Of a DNA stretch of 30,926 bases, positions 9,727 to 17,858 are shown in pieces; the stretch's first letter is position 1; the number at the start of each line of letters is the position of its first letter. The DNA comes from Gemmatimonadaceae bacterium. Lineage in GTDB: Bacteria; Gemmatimonadota; Gemmatimonadetes; Gemmatimonadales; Gemmatimonadaceae. Both the position numbers and the translations under genes were made by a program. Under the pieces are notes generated by a model. That model had not been told where the DNA came from. It saw nothing but the letters and a program-made list of their open reading frames with translations, and did not search any database. The stretch covers positions 50,145-81,070 of the forward strand of contig JBBDYA010000111.1 in assembly GCA_040902005.1 (NCBI GenBank). Reading direction: 5' to 3'.

Positions 9727-11727
9727 ATGGACCGGCTTCCCCCGCAGCTCGCCGCGGAGCTCGCACGCCAATACGACGTCCTCCGCATGCTCGGCCAGGG
9801 CGGCATGGGCACCGTCTGGCTCGCGCGCGAGCGCTCGCTCGACCGCCTCGTCGCCATCAAGATCCTCGGCAGCGAGTCGATCCAGTTCGGCGACCTCCGC
9901 GAGCGCTTCCGCCGCGAAGCCCGCATCGCCGCGCGCCTCATGCACCCCAACATCGTCCCCCTCTACGCCTTCGGCGAAACACCCGACGCGCTCTATCTCG
10001 TCATGGGCTACGTCGAAGGCGAGTCGCTGGCCGCGCGGCTCGAGCGCGAGGGACGCCTGCCGCGTCACACCACGTTGCGCATCCTCGCCGAGATCGCCGA
10101 CGCGCTCGCGTTCGCGCACCGCGAGGGCGTCGTCCACCGCGACGTCAAGCCGGACAACATCCTCATCGAAGCGAAGTCCGGCCGCGCCATGCTCGCCGAC
10201 TTCGGCATCGCCCGCGCGGAAGGAGCCGCGACCTCCGTGACCATGACCGGCATGGCTGTGGGGACGCCCAGCTACATGTCGCCGGAGCAGGCCGCCGGCA
10301 CGGCGGCAGTGGACGGACGCGCCGACGTCTACTCGCTCTCGGTGGTCGGCTACCGCATGCTCGCGGGCAAGCTTCCCTTCGCGGGGACGTCGCTTCAGGC
10401 GCTCATGGCGCAGCACGCGGTGCAGAAGCCCGACGACCTTGCCCTCGCCGTGGCTCGCCCCGACCGCGGCGTGGCACGCGTCGTCATGCGCGGCCTCGAG
10501 AAGGATCCCGCGATGCGCTGGGCCCGCGCCGACGATCTCCGCGACATGATCCGCCTCGAGGCCGACACCGCCCCCGAGCTCCCCGAAGAGCTGGATCGCA
10601 TCGATGCGACGGGGACGAAGATGCTGATCCCGCTCTTCTTCTTTTCCTCCTTGGCGTACGCCATACATCTCGCGTCGGGAGTGCCGGCGATCGCCATCAT
10701 GTCCCAGGCGATATTCGCCGGCATGCTCGGGACGATCGCGGCCGTTCGCTCTCGCCCAGCCATCAAGAGCTTCGGTTGGAAGGAAACGCTGCGCACGCTC
10801 TTCGCGCCGCCGCGCTGGTGGTCCTCCTGGTGGCCCCGTGCGTTGCGCCGCGCCGACGACCAGTGGGACAGGCTTCCCAGGGAGCTACGCCGATTCCGTG
10901 CCTTCCGCGACCTGACCATCGGGGTGTTGATCGTCCATGTCGGCGTCGTCATGCCCGTCATCCTCAACGACGTCGTCTCGAACCCCGTCGGCGACGCGCT
11001 CTTCATGTTCGATCTCGCCGCGATGCTCGGTGGAACCATCGGCGCGTTCATTACGGCCCGAGCGGCTCGTCGCGTTCTTCTGAAGGCGGGGCTCAGTCGC
11101 TGGGAGGCATCCACGGCCGGCGCTCTCCCCAACGTCGCCAGCCATTACAAGTGGAAGAACCCGATGTTCGCGCGGCTGCTCGCTGCCGCCCCCGAGGCCA
11201 CTCGCGCGACGCCGCGCACGCCTGAGGATTACGTCAGAGGCATCGAAGATCTCAACCCAAAGCTCGTGCGCGTGGGACTGCTCCCCGACGACGACTGCGT
11301 CTCGGCGGCGCGCGCCGTGAAGGCCGCGATCGACGCGCTCGAGCGGGAAGTCATCCGTCTGAATCAGGAGCTGGACCCAGCGGAAGGGGAGCGGCTCTCA
11401 CGCCGCATCGCGGCGCTCGGGTCGGAGCAGGAGGACGCCGAGCTGCGGCGTCTGCTGGAGAGCCAGCGCGCAGTCTGGCAGCGGCTCGATGAGCGGCGTC
11501 GCGACAAGGAAGCCCGCCGCGACCGGCTGCGCGATCAGCTCATGACCCTCTGGATGCAGCTGCTGGACATGGACGCGCGCGCGTCGCGCGGATCGCCTGT
11601 GGATCCCGAGCTCACGGGACAGGTGCGGGCGCTGTCGCAGGATCTCGCGCGCGCGGGAGCGGGGCTGGCCGAAGCCGAGCGGGTGTTGGCGCGTCCCGAC
11701 TCGGAGCGCATCCCGACGCCGACGTAA
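9727..11727 (+). CDS. Ser/Thr protein kinase with multi-TM region and C-terminal coiled coil
   Basis: GQGGMGTVW, HRDVKPDN, DFG, GTPSYMSPE; about four hydrophobic segments; E/R/L-rich tail. Start taken at MDRLPP. Confidence 0.9.
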   Translation: MDRLPPQLAAELARQYDVLRMLGQGGMGTVWLARERSLDRLVAIKILGSESIQFGDLRERFRREARIAARLMHPNIVPLYAFGETPDALYLVMGYVEGESLAARLEREGRLPRHTTLRILAEIADALAFAHREGVVHRDVKPDNILIEAKSGRAMLADFGIARAEGAATSVTMTGMAVGTPSYMSPEQAAGTAAVDGRADVYSLSVVGYRMLAGKLPFAGTSLQALMAQHAVQKPDDLALAVARPDRGVARVVMRGLEKDPAMRWARADDLRDMIRLEADTAPELPEELDRIDATGTKMLIPLFFFSSLAYAIHLASGVPAIAIMSQAIFAGMLGTIAAVRSRPAIKSFGWKETLRTLFAPPRWWSSWWPRALRRADDQWDRLPRELRRFRAFRDLTIGVLIVHVGVVMPVILNDVVSNPVGDALFMFDLAAMLGGTIGAFITARAARRVLLKAGLSRWEASTAGALPNVASHYKWKNPMFARLLAAAPEATRATPRTPEDYVRGIEDLNPKLVRVGLLPDDDCVSAARAVKAAIDALEREVIRLNQELDPAEGERLSRRIAALGSEQEDAELRRLLESQRAVWQRLDERRRDKEARRDRLRDQLMTLWMQLLDMDARASRGSPVDPELTGQVRALSQDLARAGAGLAEAERVLARPDSERIPTPT

Positions 11728-11807
11728 GGCCGCGATAAGGCGCCATGCGATGTCGTCATGAACGGACCGCGTGAACGGAACCAGGTGGAGCAGCTACCGG
11801 ATTCGAT

Positions 11808-12260
11808 TTAGGGACCTCGATCGCCGGATCGGTAGCGGAATTCCTCGACCAGGGCCCGCACTCGCGCGTCGATCGCCGCGAAGGCCGCCGCGAACTCCTG
11901 GCTCGCGAGCGGGATCGCGTCCCACTGTTCGCCGCTCACCGCGCAGGAGGCGGCAGTGGCCGCGACCTCGGGGAGGTCGAAGCTCACCACGCGGGCCGCG
12001 GCCGCGACGTCGGAGGGATCGAGCGCGCGCGGCGTGAAGCTCCCCGCGTCCAGTTGCGTGGCCTTGAGATGCTCGAGCATCCAGGGCGGGAGCGCCGCGT
12101 CGGGCGTCGTCGCGCGCGCCTCGGCGCTGACGGTGATGCCGGCCGCTCGGGCATGGTGTTCGAAGAGCAGCTTCGCGAGCAGGCTTTTCGCGACGCCGTG
12201 CTCGCAAACGAAGAGGACGGGGCCGGGTGCGACGTCGGGCGAGGGCAACAGGTCCGACAT
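11808..12260 (-). CDS. LMW-PTP/ArsC-fold protein with atypical P-loop CEHGVAKS
   Basis: VLFVC-x5-KS P-loop; 'PRAL...DVAAAARVVSFD' and 'WD.IP' match the ArsC/LMW-PTP fold. SD AAGGAG upstream. Confidence 0.7.
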   Translation of the reverse strand: MSDLLPSPDVAPGPVLFVCEHGVAKSLLAKLLFEHHARAAGITVSAEARATTPDAALPPWMLEHLKATQLDAGSFTPRALDPSDVAAAARVVSFDLPEVAATAASCAVSGEQWDAIPLASQEFAAAFAAIDARVRALVEEFRYRSGDRGP

Positions 12261-12297
12261 CGTGACTCCTTATCGACGGAGGGAATGAGCTCTTGCG

Positions 12298-12340
12298 TGG
12301 ATATCACAGCTGAAGCAGATTGATGATTCAACTGTATCCA
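12298..12340. promoter_or_regulatory. Imperfect inverted repeat in divergent intergenic region, putative operator
   Basis: TGGATAtcACAGCTGAA-N12-TTCAACTGTATCCA in an AT-richer spacer. Confidence 0.4.
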
Positions 12341-12368
12341 GGGGACGCCAGCCGCACAAGGAGCCCTC

Positions 12369-13370
12369 CTGAGCAAAAAAACCGTCGCCCTCTTCTCCGA
12401 CACCCTCCTCGACGAAGTCCTCCGGCCCGAGGCGCTCATGGCCGCCGTCGAGTCTGCATTTCGCGAACACGGGCGTGGCGCTGCGGCGCCGGGCGGCGTA
12501 CTCGGCGTCGAGTTGGCCAGCGGCGGATTTCACTTGAAGGCTGCCGCGCTCTCCGCCGAGCGTGGCGTCTTTGTGGCGAAGCTCAACGGAAACTTTCCGG
12601 GCAACGCCGCGGCGAACGGAGGGGGGATGCCGACCATCCAGGGCCTGGTGGTCGTGTCCGACGTCGCGACCGGCGCGCCGCTCGCCGTGATGGAGTCGAG
12701 CAGCCTCACGCGTCTCCGGACTGCGGCGGCGACTGCCGTCGCGGTGCGGCACCTTGCGCGGAGCGATGCCGACCGTCTCACGCTCGTCGGCTGCGGGGTC
12801 CAGGCGTTCGACCAGCTACGATTCGCGCAGGTGGCGCGCCCGTACCGCCAGGTCACGCTCATCGATGCGCATCCCGAACTGGCGCAGTCACTCGCCCAGC
12901 GCGTCGAGCAGGAGCTCGGTGTCGAGGCCGTGGCCGGCGATGACCTCGCGGCGGCCTGCGCGGCGAGTGCGATCATCATCACCTGCACCACCTCCCGCAC
13001 GCCATTCCTCGAGCGCGCGATGGTGAGCGCCGGCGTGCTCGTCGTCGCCGTCGGCGCCGACAATCCGCACAAGGTCGAGCTCACCGCCGAACTCGTGGCG
13101 ACAGCGAAGGTCGTCACCGATTCCACCGCGCAGTGCGCGACGATCGGCGACCTTCGTCACGCCATCGAAAGTGGTGCGATGCAGGCGGCAGCGGTCCACG
13201 CGGAGCTCGGTGAGATCGTCGCCGGAACGCGCCCCGGTCGCGCCTCCGCCAGCGAACGGATTGTCTTCGACAGCACGGGGATCCCAATCCAGGATGCCGC
13301 GGCCGCGGAGCTGGTGCTCTCCCTCACGAGCGGGCGGACGGACGTGCCGCACTTCACCTTTCGCTCATGA
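12369..13370 (+). CDS. Ornithine cyclodeaminase/mu-crystallin family protein (probable CTG start)
   Basis: AKLNGNFPGN, TRLRTAAA, VGCGVQA, AVGAD and FDSTG motifs. The frame is open 23 codons upstream of ATG 12438 to a CTG preceded by AAGGAG. Confidence 0.85.
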   Translation: MSKKTVALFSDTLLDEVLRPEALMAAVESAFREHGRGAAAPGGVLGVELASGGFHLKAAALSAERGVFVAKLNGNFPGNAAANGGGMPTIQGLVVVSDVATGAPLAVMESSSLTRLRTAAATAVAVRHLARSDADRLTLVGCGVQAFDQLRFAQVARPYRQVTLIDAHPELAQSLAQRVEQELGVEAVAGDDLAAACAASAIIITCTTSRTPFLERAMVSAGVLVVAVGADNPHKVELTAELVATAKVVTDSTAQCATIGDLRHAIESGAMQAAAVHAELGEIVAGTRPGRASASERIVFDSTGIPIQDAAAAELVLSLTSGRTDVPHFTFRS

Positions 13371-14113
13371 CTTCCCCGCGCTGGCTCCTCCTCATCCACT
13401 CGATTCCTCCCGAGCCGGCCTACTTTCGGGTGAAGGTGCGCCGGCGGCTCAAGCGGCTTGGGGCACTCGCGCTGAAGAACTCGGTCTATCTGCTCCCGAA
13501 TACGGAGGATGCCCTGGAGGACCTGCGATGGCTCGCCCAGGAGATCCGCGCCGATGGCGGTGAGGCAGTCATCACCGCCGCGGACATCATCGACGGCCCG
13601 AGCGTCGACGAGCTCGCGACACGGCTCGGGGAGGCCGGGGATGCCTCACCGAGCGCCGCGCCGCGCGTGGACGCGACGCTCGGAGAGATGAAGGGGAGGC
13701 GTTGGGTAACGCGGCGCGGGATCAAGGTCGACCGGATGGCGTCGGCCTGGCTCATCCGCACCCGGATCGACCCCGAGGCTCGATTTGCATTCCTCGCCGA
13801 GGGCAGGGAGGCGAAGAAGCACGACCTCCGCTTCGACATGTTCGAGGGTGAGTTCACCCACGAGGGTGAGCGCTGCACCTTCGAGGTCCTGTTGCAGCGC
13901 TTCACGCTCAGTGACGATCCCGCGCTGGTCGCGCTGGGCGAGATCGTGCATGACCTGGATTGCAAGGACGAACGCTTCGGCCGACCGGAGAACGGCGGGG
14001 TCCACCTCATGATCGGCGAGCTCGTGCAGCGGATCGCCTCGGACGAGGAGCGGCTCACCGCAAGCTCGGCGCTCTTCGACTCGCTCTACCGCGGCCTCGC
14101 GTCGGGGCGCTGA
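13367..14113 (+). CDS. chrB: Chromate resistance protein/regulator ChrB (N and C domains)
   Basis: WLLLIHSIPPEPAYFRVKVRRRL...KNSVYLLP; WVTR..IKVDRMASAWLI...FDM...FTHEGERCTFE. ATGA overlap with the upstream gene. Confidence 0.88.
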   Translation: MTSPRWLLLIHSIPPEPAYFRVKVRRRLKRLGALALKNSVYLLPNTEDALEDLRWLAQEIRADGGEAVITAADIIDGPSVDELATRLGEAGDASPSAAPRVDATLGEMKGRRWVTRRGIKVDRMASAWLIRTRIDPEARFAFLAEGREAKKHDLRFDMFEGEFTHEGERCTFEVLLQRFTLSDDPALVALGEIVHDLDCKDERFGRPENGGVHLMIGELVQRIASDEERLTASSALFDSLYRGLASGR

Positions 14114-14222
14114 GCCGCGACGCCTTGCTCGCCATCAGCGGCTCCATCCGGTTGAATCACGGGGCCCCGAATCTCCGTAGTGCAATACATGCCGCGTTGA
14201 CGCGGTGTGCCGGAGGGAACTC

Positions 14223-14540
14223 ATGAAACTGTTCTGGACGCTTCTCAAGATCGTGCTCGGGCTCGCGCTCGCCATCCCGCTCTCGATTCTTGTGTTGGGA
14301 ACGGCGCTCGGCATTTTCGGGGCGCTGCTCGGGATCGCCATCCTGGTCCTGAGGATCGCGCTCGTCGGGTTGGTGGTGTGGGGCGCGTACCGGCTCCTTG
14401 CGCGACTATTCCGCGGGCCGGCACCTCGTGCGTCGATGCCCGAGATGCCCCGCTTGGCTCCGGTCGATCCGCATTACGAGGCGGCGATGCGCGAACTGGA
14501 TCGCGAGCTCGGCGAAGATCGACGGGTTCGGAATCCATAG
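14223..14540 (+). CDS. Small membrane protein, hypothetical
   Basis: SD GGAGGG, two TM helices, conserved-looking tail DPHYEAAMRELDREL. Confidence 0.75.
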   Translation: MKLFWTLLKIVLGLALAIPLSILVLGTALGIFGALLGIAILVLRIALVGLVVWGAYRLLARLFRGPAPRASMPEMPRLAPVDPHYEAAMRELDRELGEDRRVRNP

Positions 14541-14755
14541 AGTCGTCACCCTGGGCTGACGCACAGCGCGCTGGAACATGGCCGGCACCCCACCAGGCCG
14601 AGAATCGTTGCCCAGTGCGCCCGACTACGACCGCGGCGACGCCTCTGGGTGAGTAAAACGCGCGTCTACCGTTATGGGGCGTGCTGTCGAGGTCAAGGGC
14701 ATCGGTTGGACACGCCGAAGCTCTGTGCTGTTGCCTGACAGTTTGGTCGCGGCCC

Positions 14756-14781
14756 GCCTGACGCAACCGCCGTCAGCAGGC
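14756..14781 (-). repeat. Possible collapsed attC remnant
   Basis: GCCTGACG-caaccgc-CGTCAGcaggc, 7 bp from the stop of the 14789 gene. Confidence 0.3.
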
Positions 14782-14788
14782 GCTCCAC

Positions 14789-15040
14789 TCATGGTGCGCT
14801 ACGTTTCCGCCACCACCACATCAACCACGCGGCCAGAAGATTGCCGCCAATGAGTACGGTGAAACAGACAGTCACAAACACGGCGAGTCCTACCCCGACT
14901 TTCGGGGCAGACGACCCCATTGGCCGCGCCGCGAGAAACCCAAGGCCAATGGCGATGAGATCGATGAGCAGAATTGCCCACGCGAGCAGGCGCAGTTCAC
15001 GCCAGGTCTGCTGCCAGCTTGGATCCGGGGGTGCTTTCAT
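14789..15040 (-). CDS. Small two-TM membrane protein, cassette-like
   Basis: SD GGGAG, two hydrophobic helices, lower GC than the upstream genes. Confidence 0.65.
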   Translation of the reverse strand: MKAPPDPSWQQTWRELRLLAWAILLIDLIAIGLGFLAARPMGSSAPKVGVGLAVFVTVCFTVLIGGNLLAAWLMWWWRKRSAP

Positions 15041-15179
15041 TGCCGGCTCCCGAGCGTTCTAGGTCAAAGCGCCCGAATTGACCTGCGCGCTGGTCGCAGC
15101 GCGGACGTCCCATTGGGTGTGCGGCTAATCCGGACACTGGCCGCATGGAAGGAGGTGCCTCGAAGTGGCCCTGACGGCA

Positions 15180-16121
15180 CTACCGACACAGCTCGAGCGA
15201 TCGCCCGCGAACCCCGGACGAACTGGGTGAGTCCCCGAACGTCCAACGGGCGTGCGCGGAACATACTTCGAGGCGCGAGTTGCCGAGTTCGTACACCTGC
15301 ACCGTCGCGGGTCCACGGTTCAGCGCGAAGTGGATCTCACGGATGCCATAGGGATCGCCGGCTGCGATGGGCGCGACGATGATGCCCGCCTCGGATCCGA
15401 CGGCGCGATAGCTTCCTCGTTCGACGCCGCCCTCGATACGCCAGCCGAGCGCTTCAAGCTCGCCGCGGAGCTGTTCGCCGATCGTCGGGTGGAGCGCGAG
15501 CGAAACGCCGACGATCTCACGCACCATCCGCTGCGGATCGTAACGGCGTTTGAGATAGCGTTTGCGCGAGATGTCATCAGCCGGGCCGGTCGTGTCCTGC
15601 TGTACGACCCGATAGAACTCGGGGTGATTCTCCATGACCCAGCTGTGCACCTGCCACAGCGAATCGCCGCGGTCGTGATCAACGGACACCGAATGGAACC
15701 AGGGAAAGCTCTTGCCCTCCCGTACCCCTTCGACGAGACGACGGCGGATCGGGACGTCGAACTTTGCGTCGAACCATGCGACCACGGAATCGATCGCGTG
15801 GGGCTGCTCGACGGAGAGCGCCAGGCCGCTGAGTCCGACGCCACCCCGAGCACCGCGAGGAAACAGCTCGAGATAGGTCCGCTCGCCGAACAGGTACACA
15901 CCTGTCCAGCTTTGGCCGTCGGCGGTCCGGTTCGTCGCCTTGCGGTAATGCGAGAACTCGTTGGCGAGGAATGTGGACGACTCGACTGCGGCGAGCGTGC
16001 CGCTGTCGAGAACGACGTTGATGTGGTTCAGCGCGACCTCGGGGCGCGAAGGCGTCCGTGGGGTTTCGACCGGGGCGAGCGAAAGTGTCACGCAAATGGC
16101 TGCCGTGCGAACACCCACCAT
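15180..16121 (-). CDS. DUF5829-like exported protein
   Basis: LNH..VVLDSGT..AVESS.FL.NEF...WTGVYLFGERTYLELF. Start taken 4 nt after the cupin stop. Confidence 0.7.
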   Translation of the reverse strand: MVGVRTAAICVTLSLAPVETPRTPSRPEVALNHINVVLDSGTLAAVESSTFLANEFSHYRKATNRTADGQSWTGVYLFGERTYLELFPRGARGGVGLSGLALSVEQPHAIDSVVAWFDAKFDVPIRRRLVEGVREGKSFPWFHSVSVDHDRGDSLWQVHSWVMENHPEFYRVVQQDTTGPADDISRKRYLKRRYDPQRMVREIVGVSLALHPTIGEQLRGELEALGWRIEGGVERGSYRAVGSEAGIIVAPIAAGDPYGIREIHFALNRGPATVQVYELGNSRLEVCSAHARWTFGDSPSSSGVRGRSLELCR

Positions 16122-16125
16122 CGCG

Positions 16126-16578
16126 CTACTGCACCACTTTCTGATCCATCCCCGCCGCCTGGTGCATGTAGAACACTGCGCCATCCTTCGCGTCGCTGCC
16201 GCTCCAGTGCCGATGTCCGCCGGGAATGCGGATAAACTCACCCGGACCCACACGTTTTTCGCCATTCTCGTCCCGGTAGATGTATGCGCCCTTGAGGACT
16301 ACCAGGTTCACGGCGTTCGTGTGCACGTGCCAGCCGCCTGCGTCGAGATCAGGCGGGAAGGTGATGAACTCGCCGTGGGGTGCGTCGGCGTTCGCGTCGC
16401 CGAACAGCTGCGCGCTGGTAATGGGCGTGTCAGGAACCTTGACGTAGCTGGCTTTGGCCGATGACATGTACACTACCTTCGCCGGCGCCGATGTCGGACC
16501 GGCCTGCTGTTGTTGCGCGCCGAGCAGCGACGCGGAAGCACAGAAAGCCGCGGCGGCACAGGCCATAGTGCGGGACAT
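16126..16578 (-). CDS. Exported cupin (DUF4437-like)
   Basis: Signal peptide; WHVHT...VVLKG and GPGEFIRIPGGHRH motifs; SD GGAG. Confidence 0.8.
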   Translation of the reverse strand: MSRTMACAAAAFCASASLLGAQQQQAGPTSAPAKVVYMSSAKASYVKVPDTPITSAQLFGDANADAPHGEFITFPPDLDAGGWHVHTNAVNLVVLKGAYIYRDENGEKRVGPGEFIRIPGGHRHWSGSDAKDGAVFYMHQAAGMDQKVVQ

Positions 16579-16690
16579 GACGTACTCCGTATGGTGGGGG
16601 CAATCCAACATGGCCGCGCCATGTGCATTGTCAAGCACCGTGGCCCAGTGGTGGCCCCGGTCACGGTTCGCGGCTTCTGTGGCCGTTCAT

Positions 16691-16960
16691 ATGATTCGGC
16701 GCGGCCTCGGCCGACGGGACCTACCGGATGGCGTCGTGACGGCGACCGTCGTCCCCGGTCCGCTGTCGCCATTCCGCTGGACGGTGATTGCCCGGCTGGA
16801 GGACGGACACGGGGTGGTCGCGTCCATGTGGCGGCCGGGGTCCATTTCGGGCGAGGTGGGCGCGGATCTCGAGAAGTCTGCGCCTGTCTGGCGCGTCCAA
16901 GCCGAGAGTGTAGCGCGACCGACGACGGCGTCAGGTTCTGCGTGTCATTCCGTGGCTGTG
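16691..16960 (+). pseudogene. Degraded fragment resembling the C-terminal part of a membrane metal-dependent hydrolase
   Basis: VVPGPLSPFRWTVIARLEDG, then 'ATDDGVRF' in another frame. No N-terminus. Confidence 0.3.
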
Positions 16961-16964
16961 TCCA

Positions 16965-17858
16965 TCACTTGTCGCGGAAGAACCTCCACAGCTCGGCGGT
17001 GGCATCGAGCGCGCGACTGTCGGTGCCGGCGAACCATTCGGGAATGAGCGCACCCCCCGGCCACACGTGGCCGTCGCCATGCAGCGTGATCAGCCGCACC
17101 TCCGCGCCGTCCGCGCAGCCGGTGTAGGTCCGCACGGAGACCCGCGGCTCCATCACGGTGTCACGGGCCCCGCTACAGCGATTCCGTTCGCCCCACTGTG
17201 CCACCCAGCTGGTTACCGGGGGAAAGGGATGGTGCACCACCCAGGACGTGCCGCCATGATAGAAGGCGGTTGGATCGGCGGTTCCATGGATCACCATCAC
17301 CGGCATGGGGACGCGCGTGGTGCAGCCGGTCCATGCCGGGAGCGCCCCCGACACCACGCCGATGGCCGCGATGCGCTCGGGGATGTCGCACGACAGCGCG
17401 AACGACATCCCTCCACCATTCGACAGGCCGTTCACATAAACGCGGTCGCGATCGGCCCCGTGGCGCGCCACGAGCGTGTCGATCAACCGTTCGATAAACT
17501 CGACGTCCGGTGCGCGGTCATCCCCATGCCATGCCGGCCAGGATCGCGGCCACCATCCTTGTCCCGATGGATAGGCCACGAGGAATCCCTCGCGATCGGC
17601 GAGCGCGTTCCACCCGGTGATGTCTCGCATCGCGGCGCCCCACAGCGCCCCGCCGTGGAGCACGATCACCAGCGGCGCGCGCCGCGCAGTGTCCAGGGCC
17701 GGAGGGCGGTGGAACACGTATCCGCGCCGCTCGCCCGCGACGGTTATGAAGCTGTCGTGCCGGTCGCGGACATGAAAATCCACGGCCTGGACCGCGGCGA
17801 CCATCGCGGGCAGCGTCACGCATAGCACCGCCGCCGCAAGCGTTGCGCGGCGCCTCAT
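16965..17858 (-). CDS. PHB depolymerase/LpqC-family secreted esterase (alpha/beta hydrolase)
   Basis: PLVIVLHG, GLSNGG nucleophile elbow, IHGTADP, GHVWPGG. ATGA overlap with the permease. Confidence 0.88.
   Translation of the reverse strand: MRRRATLAAAVLCVTLPAMVAAVQAVDFHVRDRHDSFITVAGERRGYVFHRPPALDTARRAPLVIVLHGGALWGAAMRDITGWNALADREGFLVAYPSGQGWWPRSWPAWHGDDRAPDVEFIERLIDTLVARHGADRDRVYVNGLSNGGGMSFALSCDIPERIAAIGVVSGALPAWTGCTTRVPMPVMVIHGTADPTAFYHGGTSWVVHHPFPPVTSWVAQWGERNRCSGARDTVMEPRVSVRTYTGCADGAEVRLITLHGDGHVWPGGALIPEWFAGTDSRALDATAELWRFFRDK

Noticed and set aside
1059..10240. Long antisense or alternate-frame ORFs (1059-3548, 4232-6148, 4275-5900, 9038-10240 and others)
   Set aside because: Arg/Ala/Gly-rich shadows of real genes in high-GC DNA, with no motifs.
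11808..12260. Assigning the gene symbol arsC
   Set aside because: The catalytic Arg is replaced by Lys and there is no ars operon context; only the fold is supported.
14550..14714. Weak inverted repeats (CTGGGCTGACG/CGTTGCCCAG; GTCTACC/GGTTGGAC) as attC sites
   Set aside because: No L-box pairing and no similarity to the family arms; could be chance.
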